A stretch of 64,000 nucleotides of DNA from Paraspadella gotoi. Its lineage: Eukaryota; Animalia; Chaetognatha. A program made the position numbers and the translations under genes. Positions 37,301 through 50,100 of this stretch are shown here, piece by piece. How positions within the stretch are numbered: the stretch's first letter is position 1; every line of letters begins with the position of its first letter. Under the pieces are notes generated by a model. That model had not been told where the DNA came from, did no database searches, and worked only from the letters and a program-made list of their open reading frames with translations. The stretch covers positions 12,409,081 to 12,473,080 of the forward strand of contig CM119267.1 of the NCBI GenBank assembly GCA_051294375.1. The letters run 5' to 3'.

Positions 37301-39188
37301 TAAAATTGTTTATTTTCTAGTGATAAATCATCGACGAATGGGTAAAAGGATGCTCGACTGCAAGGCGATAAGTTCAATATAAAAGAATCAAGGGTAAGCT
37401 GTAAATTCTAACAAATCTTAAAATTTTTCTAAAAAATTCTCCACCACAGTAAAATTTTCATTCCATAGCACAAAATCTTATATTACCAATTACAACCGCG
37501 TTTTGGAAAAAATGGTTCATTTCGTCTATAATTTTCTGTAAGAGTCTCGGGATTCTTTTGGCCCATTTCTTATAGTCAGAAGTGTACTGGTTGTAACAGA
37601 AGTGGTTACCGAGTAAAAAATATCCAGTTTATAAAAGCTTCGTCAAGGTTTGAAGTTTTTATCTTTCCAAGTTTTATTCTCAAGCCGTTTTTGTTGATAT
37701 TTACTAATAGCAAGAATGCAATCATTTTCTAATGAACTAAGCGTCAACATCAAGCTACCAATATCCACGGTACTTTGTTAAAGACTTTCGAACCGTTTCC
37801 TGCTCCAAATATCAATTTACCGTGATTAATATGTAAAAACCCATGTCTCTACCAGACTGAAAATTATCCATACTTTTACAGAGACTCCTCATGATTACAT
37901 ATTTTTTTTATGAGCTCTATATCATCATGGACAAAAAGTCTCCTTGTCATTAATTAAACCATTCAAGTTACTCGCTTGTACATTGCATCGCATGCGTTGG
38001 TGACTTATTTTTATTTCCTTGACTGTGTCCACAGTAACCTTTTTTAAACACGTTTCAAAGAAACTTCTTCATTTAAAATGCTGGTGGTCAAACGCCACGT
38101 TTTTGCCTAGAAGCTATTTCATAAACTCCGATGTGCGTGATTTCCCAGCATCCTCAAACTTACTTATTGTAAAACAGAAACGAAGGAATGTTCCAGATAA
38201 TGAATCATCCATGTAAGCAATATCAAAAATATACTTTTTCTTCTTCTTTTAACCCAACAACTTCTGACTTTCAAATTTATTGGAAGACTTAACTCCTGAT
38301 TAGAATATAACCTTTTTTCTGTCAGGGTATTCCATAGACTCAAGATGTCTCTATAGATTTTTGAACTTTCCAGGGAAACTTTTTATAGACGGATTTATTC
38401 TTTCGGATTTATTGGGAGATTTGGACAAATTGAGGATTAGCTCCAGGTCTTTTTGTTTCAGTCGTCCTTGTTCAAAGTCGATTCTGGATCGGCCAACTGA
38501 GTTACACTCTCAAGTGTTGAATCCCAGGGTCGACCGCGAGTTCAGCCAGCTGAGCACCGTTGACCTCCAAAAGGCGGTTCAAGGATTATCTAATTTGTCC
38601 AGCTTCTCATCCCAAACGATTCCCATTATTTTCTCTCTTCTTTCTCCTGGTCCTCCAAGAATTTCTTGAAGCGCTCGCCTCGTCCTCGTCCATTAGGCCC
38701 GTGTTTGAGTTCTTCGAAATCGGTAGAATTCTTCTGGATCCTAAACTCTCAATCGCGGGTCACTATCTCTGACCATTTTGGTCTCGAAGTCTGATAGTCC
38801 AATGGTGCGTCGACCGAATGGGCGATATCGTTCCTGGCCCGTCATCAACCTGTTCATCGCTTCTCGGTCCTCGTCAGAGAGCAGGTTGGCGCAAAACTTG
38901 AGTGGCAGATACTGAGGTTAAAGTCAAATCTAAGTCGTCCTCGACGGCGACTCTCTTTGATTCCTGGGGAACAGAATCTCGAATTGCGAAGGAAACAGCC
39001 GGTTTGTTGGTCTTGGATCCGCGCCGGCGCTTCCCCTTCTTTTACGTCGTTGCATATCTGTCGCTTTTTGTTTTTGAGCCACTTTGAGAGCGATCCCGCC
39101 CCCTGAACGTGACACGCCTTAATCAGGCCGGCGCCTCGCGGCCCCCGTTCCATTGTTCCACACCAAGACGACAGGGCGCAGAAAGTAT
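34301..39188 (-). pseudogene. Second, indel-riddled copy of the HEPN-SAMD9-like gene (probably unpolished long-read sequence or second haplotype, not a true pseudogene)
   Basis: Colinear and near-identical to 47171-51950, differing mostly by 1-2 nt indels. Ends at a 25-N gap at about codon 8. Confidence 0.7.
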
Positions 39189-39519
39189 NNNNNNNNNNNN
39201 NNNNNNNNNNNNNGGGAGAGAATGAGAGAGAGGATCTCAACTCTCGTGCCCGGCTTTTTCCCCGCAGATCGTTCGTTGTTAAACTTTTATATTCAAGTTA
39301 TCGACAGATTTTGCGAGAGTTCTGCGACAAAGACGACGACGAATACGACAACGACAGCGACGACGACGCTGCATAAATATGTTTTCAATTTATCGTGCGG
39401 AAAGCTCTCTTCCATAACAGTTTCCCGGATTAATTCATCTGACAGGAAAAAACAGTTTTGAATCGTATTAAACTCACAAATTGATTTTGTCAAAAAACGG
39501 TGATTTCATGACGTCACGC

Positions 39520-42500
39520 ATGTATCTTCCTTCGCTGAGAACTTTGTGTTTTGTTCGTTTTGATTTCGTTTTTCGTCGTAACATCGTTCCGGCGCACGAA
39601 AGCGCCCTCTTGTCAAATCGATCCCAATCGTCGTCCATCGTCTTGCGCTATCGACGTCCGTCTACGAGAACTCGTGCTGGATGTCTCCCTAAATCGGCAG
39701 CATCTTCATGGCGGGACGTGAGGAAGTTTCTTGGCGACCGGTGAGAATGGTTGTGCAAATGGATCATTTGCAGAAAGATGGAGGCAAACATGTGTGGTAT
39801 GTTGGACGCTTCTTTACATTTAGATAATTAAAGATGGAAGAAGTCTACTTATGAGAGTTTTTAAATATTTTTCAATTTATATTTAGAAGATATATTTATT
39901 AAAATCTAAGTTATTAAAAGAACGGAAATTGTGCACAGTAGTGAGGTTATGTTTTCTTATTGAGACTTATGTAACACGTAGCCTTAGTAATCGCAACCCC
40001 CTTCTCCGCCAAGTTACAATCGCAATTATGGCGTCACTGATGTTAAAGCCGTCTTTCGCCTTTGGCGACTCCATCAAGCTTCTGCAGAATTTCAAACGAT
40101 CGACCTGCCACGGCCAATTGGATTTCGGGAATGAAGACGAAAGTCGGGCAAGAAGACCGTCGAGGACGCGTGGAGGAAATCCTGAGTCTGTTCGAGGGAG
40201 TCGAAGTGAGAACGAGGAAGCATACAGCGAATAAACGATTGCACTCTTAGGCGGGCCAAATTTATATTTTTACAATATGAAAACAGTGCAATAAAAGTCT
40301 TTGTCCATTTACAACGCAAATTGACTTAAGAATGTTTAGATTTTGATTAATTTAATTTTCCTCATGCATGGAAAGCATTTAAATGCTTAAAATAATTTTA
40401 AATTTTTGAAGAAATTTCAATTTTTTAAAAAATGGATCTAATATAGATTAAAAAGTTGATAATGATTAGTATTGACAAATTTTTAAAAATTTAATGATAA
40501 ATGGGTTAAATTTGAAAAACTTTAAAAAATTTATCATCATTCAATAAAATTTGATAGGTTTTTGTAAATTTTCATAGACAAATCTTAAAAATTTCAAAAA
40601 ATTTTATCTTAACTTTAATCTAGCTCTATCAGAAATTCGATAAAAAAAAAAATTACACTACCAAAAAAAAATAATATAAATAGTCCATGCGTTTAACTAT
40701 AAGATAAACCTTGATTTTTTTTTTATTTCAACCGAATTTTGAATAAACACATTAATCAATATTTATACCGGACTTCTTGTTAGTTTGAAACACGTTCGCC
40801 TTAATGCACACTGTAGTGTAGAGGGTGTGAGGGAGCGGTTTCTTTTTTTGGATATTTTTTTAATAAAAACAAATCAATTAAGCTTTTTTAACTTAATTTG
40901 ATATGTTTAACATGTTTGAAAAAGATATCCATATAAAAATTTATACATAAAATGGTTCTGTCGAAAAATGTTGTTCGTTCCTCCAATTTTAGAATTTTAA
41001 TTAAGTAAATTTAGAAATTTTTAGCTCCGCTTTAGTGTTCATGTTGTTTCTCACATCTCGATCAGAGCGCCTGACGACAGCCGACTACGTCCGCCTGGGC
41101 AGTAAATCACCGACCGCTCCGCGAACGACGTCGAACGGACTCCAAAGATCTCCTTGCCGCCGCGAAACGAAAAGCCAAGATCATCATGTACGCCCGTCGG
41201 AGGGGATAGCCCGTCGTCGAGTCGCTGAGAGGATGCGCGCGACGACGATTGAGAAGGACTTCGTCGTCGACTAGGAGGACGTCAAAATCGTCGAGGAATC
41301 AAGGGTGAGGAGTGGTGTGTCATATCTGAGGCTGACGTGTTCTTTTATTTCTTTTGCGTTTCAGCAGATCTCCGCTCTATAGATTCACTTTTTGTCGGTT
41401 GTTCCGACGGTCCTTCTAAGTCTTGTTCTGGGCAATGTCTACGTTATAGTGTCTAGATGTTGTTCTAAGTGGAGACTCGATTTAGGAGGTAATTTGAGGG
41501 TTGGCATAAAGAATATATAAAGGATTTCCGTTCGTCTGTCGTTCCGTCCTGATTTCGTTCGTTACGTTTCGTATCGTTTGTTTTCGTACGAGGTCGCCGT
41601 CCATCCGCCGTCCCGTCCGTCCGCACCTTAGCAAAAAACCCTTTTTTGATTTTTTTTTTTTTTTTTTGTTCTGATGTGTGCTTGGTTCCTGTGGTTTTTT
41701 TTTTTTTTTTTGTGTTTTGTGCTAGATTGGCATCTATTTGTTCTCCTGATATTTCGTTCTTTGTGATATTACTCGTGATTGGATGGATGGATTGGAATGA
41801 AATTTTGTGTGTGGGTAGTAGGGTGGAGTGATGAAAAGACTTGAGTGATTGAACATTATTTTTTGCTGCCTATGGACTATAAATTATGAATTTTAAATTC
41901 TTTTTAAAAAATTTTACATAACAGTATAGCAAATTCAATTATTTATGTAGTAATATCCTTATAAAATGTCAATTTCAAAATAATTTTTTTTATTTTTAAG
42001 AACTGATTTGGATCGCTGATAAAAATTAAGAACTTTATAAATATGTTGTATGATATTTTAATGTTTAGATGACAAAAAAATGACTAAAAAAGTTTAACAT
42101 ATATAAGTTTCTACTACAGAGAATAAAAAAGTCAGGAATTTTCACCTTTTTTTTTTATTTAAACATTGAGATGACAGAATTTTTGATAACATGTTTTATA
42201 TTTTTTGTTCAACTTTTTATGAAGAATCTGAATCTTAATAAAAGTTTTATAAAAATTATTTTTAAAATGTACTATTTTATAAGGATATTACTACGAATAT
42301 ATTATATTTTACTATTCTGTTCCGAGATAATATGAACAAAAAATTTTTTGTACTAGTTAATCATTACTATCTCACATCTATAATATCATTGTTCGATCAT
42401 TCAATATAATTTTTTTGTTCTTAGTGCTCCACTCTAGTGGGTAGGGAAAGTGTGTGATTGACCTGGATATGAAAGTTTCGATGGAATCGTTTGAGGGATA

Positions 42501-44897
42501 AATGAGTTAATAAAAAAACAAAGAACCTGTTTAACTAATTGATATCTTATGCTTCTTTTCTATTTTATTTTAAATGTCAATGCAAGATGTATTAATATAG
42601 TCAAACAATTAATCAGTTATATTAATCATTAGTCAATTAAGTTAATAAATAATTTAATTAATCATCAATTAAGTCAATCAAAACAAACATTTCAGATCAA
42701 ATTGCTAATTAATTAAATAATTAACTGATAGATATTATTAATTAAAAAATTAATTACTGAATAATTATATTAAATAATTAATTAACTTGAAATATAATTG
42801 AATTAATTAATTACCCGATAATGATCGTGGGGCAGATGCCGACATTTGGTTTGCTCAAACTGTGTTTTACAGGTTCTTCAATGCTGGACTGGATACGAAA
42901 AAAACTTAAAATATATCAAAACGAAGAGCATTCAGGTTATAAAATTTTTTCGTACTAATAGAAAAATACTTGACATTATAGCTAGGATAGTTGGTATGTT
43001 GTAAACATTTTTTTCAGAGGGTAAAATACATGAAGAATAATTACAAAAGACGACTTTGTTGATAAATAATAGTTATCATAGTAAATAAGTTAGGTTTTAC
43101 TTGAAAATTTTTTTTAAATAACAAATCACCAAAACTGATTTTTATCACCAAAAAGTTTTATTTTCATATCAGATAACTATACAATCAGCGTTATTACTTG
43201 TTAAATTGTTAAAAACTGTTAAAATTTGGACAAAAAAAAAAGGAAGAAAAGTGACTCCGCGCTTGAAAGCCACTGTAATTATACTATTAGGAAATTTGAA
43301 CATTTTTTAGGTCAATGTAAACGTCAAGTAGTTTTCTAACTAATAAATGTTATAAAAATAATATGCAGTAAAAGAATTACGAGTTTAATCAAATCTTTTT
43401 GTATCAGTCAAGATTAAAGACCTTGTAGATTAAGGCGTAGTTGCAGTTGCAGATCAAAATTCAAATAGTATTTCATGAAGAGTCTTGGACTAAAGAATAT
43501 TGATATATAAAATTTTTTTTTTAAATTCTCAATTTTTGCATACGCCCATATTTATAGATAGTACTTACCATAAAAAATGTAAAAAATTTAATATTATGGT
43601 GGACTAAAATCCACCAGCCGTTCATCAGCGGCCATTGGTGCCAGAGGCAAGTCATTCCCTCCCAGCCCAAAGGTCCGGGGTTCTAGCCCGGTGGCTGCCT
43701 AGCAGTTAACAGGACGGGGCGCTTAACTCACCTGTAACGTGGTGTTACAGCCTGATCCGAAACTCAGGGACTGCTTGACTGCTTATATGAACGGTTCTGT
43801 CACTAATACATAACAATTATTACTGTCTCTTCAAAACTATAAATAAATATTTCTAAATATTTTTAACTGTTATGTCTTAGAATGAGATTAAACAATAAGT
43901 TTTTCAAGGCATTTTCTTCCAAACCGCGCAGAGAAAACCGAGTAGTCGCCTTCGTGCATCAAAAAAAAGCATATTATCAAAGAATTTCAAAAACAATCTA
44001 ATATATCGTCTAAAAGCTAAGAGAGACGAAGGCACGGAGAAGCCGATCGGCCGCGCGCGGCTGCTCCCGGACGCTGCCTGATACGAGGCTTCTGAGTATA
44101 GCCATGTTCATACACGCATTTGTTTGTTTTATTTACAATGAATGATTCATCGCGTCAATGAATGACTATCATCGCATCAATGAATAACTATCATCGCATA
44201 AATCATTTGGTTATCATCACATCAATCATTTGGTTATCATCGCATCAATTATTGGTTATCATCGCATCAATATTAGGTCATCATCGCATCAATAATCCTC
44301 GATCCTTATGCTTTTACAGATCTGCCTTAATCTAATTAATCCAACTCATTCAACTTCGTCAACTCGCAGAAATTCCGGCACGCCCTCTGTAAAGGAATCG
44401 AAGAGAATCGAATCTTCAGAATGTTGACCATCGGCGCCGGATCGATTGTAGGCATCGTCGTGGGCGTCGTCATCGCTCTCGTCGTCGTCTACGTCGCAAA
44501 GGTGTGAGAACAAGCGGACGAGAGAGAAAACGGAACAAGAAAACGGATGATAAAATAAGCAATACATAGCTTATTCGTGACCTAATTTGTTAAAATTTTG
44601 AGATTTTTCATTCACCATAAATACTATTTGCTATCGTTTTATAGTAATCTCAAATAAGTAGCTTATTTGAATTTTAGTAAATATACAAAATGAACGACGA
44701 CGTTAAGTCTCATTTCACAATCTAAATCATATTTACTTTTTATAAAGGAATACACTTACAAGAAATGGCAGCTGCGGCAGCTGGCGGCGGCTGAAGCGGC
44801 GTTGAAGAAAAGCGGCGACGATACGAATCCGATGTACAAAGATCCCGTGACAAAAACGTCACCAGAAGAACTCGGAGTGAACATGAACAATATATGA
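39520..44897 (+). CDS. 5-exon type I membrane protein: signal peptide, vWA domain, TM helix, integrin-beta-like NPxY cytoplasmic tail (copy C)
   Basis: Model assembled from the cleanest exon of each copy, with GT-AG sites and consistent phases (0,2,0,0): E1 21875-22081, E2 22336-22523, E3 28125-28356, E4 44320-44501 (one base missing versus the other copies), E5 44748-44897. Product ~319 aa: MYLPSLRLCVLFVLISFSSTSSA; VQSVFAIDVV; VRLGIVITDRS; KIIMYAVGG; LKRIADDDERTFVVD; TM LTIGAGSIVGIVVGVVIALVVVYVAK; tail ...GDDTNPMYKDPVTKT... Exons 1-3 of this copy carry indels. Confidence 0.75.
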
Positions 44898-45337
44898 GCG
44901 GTTGGACGTATTAGAATGCAACATTTTTATTGTCTAATGATATTTATCTTGGAAAGCAAATAATTTGTTCGTTCTTATTTATAACTGATAGAAAAAACAA
45001 TAATGATTTCAATACATTTATACTACCTCATTAAACTAATATTGTTAAAAAGCAAAGTCGCCATTATATAGATAGGCAAGTTCCCTGGTCGTTTATCATG
45101 TTATTATAAATATTTTTGCATTTACTGATAGGAAATGATGTCAATATTGTTGATTTTGTAAAACATTTCATATTCATATCTTCAAAAATAAATATAGATT
45201 CTGAAGAGAAAAGATTGAATTATGTTCCTTGATATAAACAAATTATTCATCTATACTTCAAATGTTTATATAATTACTAAGGGATAATGAATTAATCATT
45301 TTGTTGAAAATTAAAACCTTTGCATACAAATGCCCAT

Positions 45338-45986
45338 TAGAGTGGAGCACTAAGAACAAAAAAATTTATATTGAATGATCGAACAATGATATTATAGATG
45401 TAAGGATAGTATGATTAACTAGTACAAAAAATATTTTTGTTCATATTATCTCAGGAACAGAATAGTAAAATATAATATATTTTCGTAGTAAGTATCCTTA
45501 TCACTAATATAGTAAATTTTAAAAATAATTTTTATAAACTTTTATTAAGATTCAGATTCTTCATAAAAAGTTGAATCAAAAATATATAAAACATGTTATC
45601 AAAAATTCTGTCATCTTCAATCTGTTTTAAATAAGAAAAAAAGTGAAAATTCTCTGACTTTTTTTTCTCTGTAGTAGGAAACTTTATATATGTTAAAACG
45701 TGGTTTTTAGTCATTTTTTTGCTGATCTAAACATTAAAATATCATATCAACTTATTTTATAAAAGTTCTTAATTTTTACATGAATGTTCCAAATCAGTTC
45801 TTAAACATAAAAAAAAATATTTTGAATTGACATTTTATAAAGATATTTACTAATAAATAATGAATTTGCTATACTGTTATGCTAAAATTTTTTTAAAAAG
45901 GAATTTAAAATTTCATTAATTATATAGTCCATAGGCAGCTAAAAAATAATGTTCAATCACTCAATCTTTCATCAAACTCCACCCTA
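45338..45986. mobile_element. hAT-type MITE, same family, opposite orientation
   Basis: TAGAGTGGAG...CTCCACCCTA with approximate TSD ATGCCCAT / A-GCCCAT. Empty homologous site at ~32425-32437. Confidence 0.8.
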
Positions 45987-47170
45987 AGCCCATTTAGCTA
46001 TAATAATACTAACAATTTTTTTATCAAAAATAGCACTACAATCTTTTAATAACACGCTAAGCATGTAGCTGCTATGGTACAAATTGGTTTTTGTTCTTTA
46101 ATTATAATACAAGGCTTTATCAATAAATAGAGACGCAAATGAGTATTTCTCGAAGGCTCCATATTGATACTATCGATATCATGAATTTTCTTTGCTTCCG
46201 GACAATGAAATGTAACCTAAGACATTGTATTTCATTAGCTAGATCGTTGTATTTTTATAATTTAAGGGCATGTTTTGGGCAAAAACGTAATAAAGAACAA
46301 AATGACAACAAATTTTGAGAAAAAAATTTGAATTAATTGCTATTATTTCTCTTACTATAGACGTCAATTTTTTTTTTCGTTATGTTGGTTGAAGTTAGGC
46401 TTAACCCCAACAGAATCGGAATCAGTGCTATGAATCGCTGTAATTTATTTGACTTACCTACAGTAAATACCGCCAAAATAAAAATAATTTAAAAAGGATT
46501 CAGACTAAGCGCCGTGTTTGTTTTTCAGTATTTTTTAGTCAAGACCTTTATGGATTTTCTTTTGTTCCGGCGGCTTGGATAGCTCAAACACTTCAGTTTC
46601 AGAAATCATCCATGGTTTTGTAATATTTACTGCGCTACTGGTCCAAAAATTGCTAGAAACCGAAATTATCAGAAACCGCTTCATTCTTTCGATTTTTTTT
46701 CTAAGCGCGGAGCGACATATCTACATTATATGTAGTTTCGACTTTCAAGCTAAGCACCGGCGACAAGTTTTCACGTATAATGTTTACGTGAAACAAAACT
46801 TCATGGCAGTTTAGATTCTCGCGCGAATTCAGCGTTTTCAATCTTTTTTCCGTTATTTTATTTTGGTAGCTATATGATTCCCTGTTTATTAACATTTAAA
46901 AACATTTACTTTTTAACTTTTATTAACATGCTAAACTAATTATTCTTTCCACCACAGACAATTTTTAAAAAATATAACAAAGTATTTTTTAAATTATTAC
47001 AACGATTTTTATTATTAAGAGACGGACATGTTTCGGCTTGTTGGCTTCAAGCCTTCATCAGCATTTGTCTAAAAATGTCTAAAAATATAACAAAATTTAC
47101 AATTGTTTTTAATTACCAGTAAAAGGTAATAAAGGTAATTTTATTAAAGTTTTTTGTCAAACTTTTGTCT

Positions 47171-50100
47171 TTACTCCCATAGTTGCTCATCTCTGGCTTC
47201 AAAGCCATTGATCATGGAAAAAGAAAGAAAGAATGAAACCTGTTTCATTGCATATCTAGATCCACTTAATGAAATTTGTTTTCCTTTTTGTTTGAAGGAA
47301 AGATAAACATCCAAAGGCTTTGGAAGAGTTTTGTTCTCAATTCTTTCAAGTGAAATCAACCCAGAATGACGATAGAGATTAGGACTTTTTATCCGGCCGT
47401 AGCATCGACTGAGTGAGGATTTAATTATCGGTTCTCCCTTATAAGATGGTTCTAGTCTTTTTATGCCTCCTCTTTGGGCCAGCCATTCTCGAATTGTTGC
47501 ATGTTTAGAAAGTGTGATGGTTCTTTGATGCTTTTCATCTTTTAATTCCTTCATTAGTTGTTCTGATTTTAGGAACATCTCTAGGTCGCTTTCTCTTTTT
47601 GCAGATCCAACTCCGACCAAAAATCTAAGAATTGCCGTGTAAAACATTACAATTGGCACTCTGTAAGATTTGTAAGATTCTTCTAATACATTTAACACTC
47701 GGTTTAACATATATTCTTCTCGAAAACCGGCCAATCTGATACCGGTTAGCCATTCTTTTAGATCATTTTCAAACCATCTATCTGAGACACATTCACCAGA
47801 ACTGTTCAGTGCTTCCTCTATATTCTTTTCTAGCAACTTGACAGACATTTTTAAGTCTTCTCCTATAACGTTTCTGAGACTCCCAAAAGTGTCACTATAA
47901 CTTGGTTTGACTGCCAATCTATTCATGTAGTTTATTTTAATTGCTGCAACTTTCATTCGCCTTGAAAATATTGTATCTTCTTCAAACAGACGAATATCCA
48001 TCTGACTAAAAAGTGTCTTGTACTGCAAATTAGCATCCTTAATTTCTTGATCAGCATAACGATCTGAATCTTCAATGCAATGGCTCGCTGTCATGATCAG
48101 CCCATCTATTAATTCAAAGGATTCATTCACTATTTCTGCAGCTTCTTTTTCCCACAACTTACTTTCTTCTCTTAGTCGAAGCGGCAAGCTCTTCAGATTA
48201 AAAAAATTTTGAATGATTTCACAATACTTCAGTCGAAATATGACTTCAGAGAGGTATGTTTGAAAATAGTGTTCAAATTCCGGTTTTGTGTATTTTTCCC
48301 TACTTAACTTAAAATGTTGGCATCCTCTTTTAACTATTTCTATAAATGATTCCATCGATGAATCTAATTTTGTATTCAGATTCTTAGAAAGTCTCTTCAT
48401 AAGACTGAGATCCATCATAGCATACATATGGTATACTATCCTTGCTGTTGGGAAATGGGGATTTTCCTTGAACCTACTTCCAGTACTCCCATCGGAAAGT
48501 GATCTTTTTCTTTTTTTATCATAATCATCAATTGATGTATTTACGAGCTGAACTGCTTTGGTAAAACTTGCCTCTGCTTTTTCAAAACATTTTGCTGATA
48601 GATAGTAAAACCTACCTAAATGCGCATGAGTGTGAGGATCAAAATGTAATTTTATACTAAGATTTTGAAAAACATTTAGCCTTTTTTTAATGGTGTCTTT
48701 TTCCGTTGTTCCCTCAATGCACATAATAACTTTTGTGTACTTAGGTGTTTCATCTTTGGTTTCGGAAGAATTAACTATCCCTCTCTCGAGAAAAATATTT
48801 GACAACATACGTTTATCAGATGTATGAACAAAATCGTTATCTTCAATAACAAACTGAATAAAATCTTTTAATAAAACATCTAAGTTTGGATATTTAATTT
48901 CATTCATGTTTTCCCAATTGTTGTTGTTCTCCAGACTATTGCTTATTTCCGTTAAAACTATATGTAGAATTTCCTCTGAAAAGAGGTAATGGATCATTTT
49001 GATTTTTCTTTCATCGATGCTGTTGTTTGAAGGTTTAACAAGGTGCTGAAGTAATGGTTCTATCTTTTCATCAGTAAGCAGTATTTCCCTCCGGTTCTTC
49101 CATTACTTTATAAAATTTTTGCAAGTCAATGTCTCTGCATCCACTATTACCAAAAACATCTACTAATGCCAAATATTTGCAAATTGTTCTATGCTTTTTG
49201 TCCAAATCATTTCGAACATGTTATGGACATAGGATTTTAGCCCTTTAAATTCATGTACAAATGCCCTTAAACTAAATTCAATTAACATTAAAGAACTCTT
49301 TGACAATTTTTTTAATTCCTTATTTCTTTCTGGAACTACATTTATTAGTTTGTTAATCATCTGTTCAGGTTCTGATCGTTCTAACTTTCCGATAATCTCA
49401 AAACAAACTTTCTTTCCCCATTCTTTAAAAGGTTTATGGTTTTTAGTTAATTTGATATTTCTTTTGGTAATTAAAAAAACGCAACTATAAGGCTTGATGA
49501 TTTTTGAAAGATGTGACATGAATATTTTTTCTGGCTCATCTATAAGTAAGAGAACTGGAAAGTCAGTTTTATTATGAAGTAAAGTTATTTTTTTAGACAC
49601 GAGTTCAGCCAACTCTGAATGAGACTTTTCAAACTGATTAGACTTAACTTGAGCACATGGATATCTCTTATGTATGCTCCAAAGAAGTTGCATTGCTAAG
49701 GTCGTGCAGCCCCCACCTGGACTATGAACGATTTCAACAGTACCAGATTCTGCCTCGATGAGATTTAACAATTCACTTTCGATTTCCAAGAACCATTCTC
49801 TTTGGATCGCAAATGAGCAATCGCCATATTTTTGCCATGTGTCCCAACTAATACCACCTCCTTTTAAGAATTCAGTTTCAATCTGATTTCTTTCTTGATA
49901 ACTAAGAATCTCCTCTTGATTGCTTTTGAGGTACAGGACGTCTAAAGTCTCCTCAACCCATAGTGCGTCTTCTTTTGTTAACATTGGATTGTTACATTTT
50001 GATTTGTCTCTCATGGGGAGCAAATATCCAGTTAAAGGGTCATTCTGAGCAGCCGTTTCTTTTTTGATATTTGCTAATACTTGACTAAGGCCTAACTTAA

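Noticed and set aside
34301-39188. Programmed frameshifting or a true pseudogene in the first SAMD9-like copy
   Set aside because: Dense, random 1-nt indels with few substitutions also affect adjacent non-coding DNA, which is typical of unpolished long reads.
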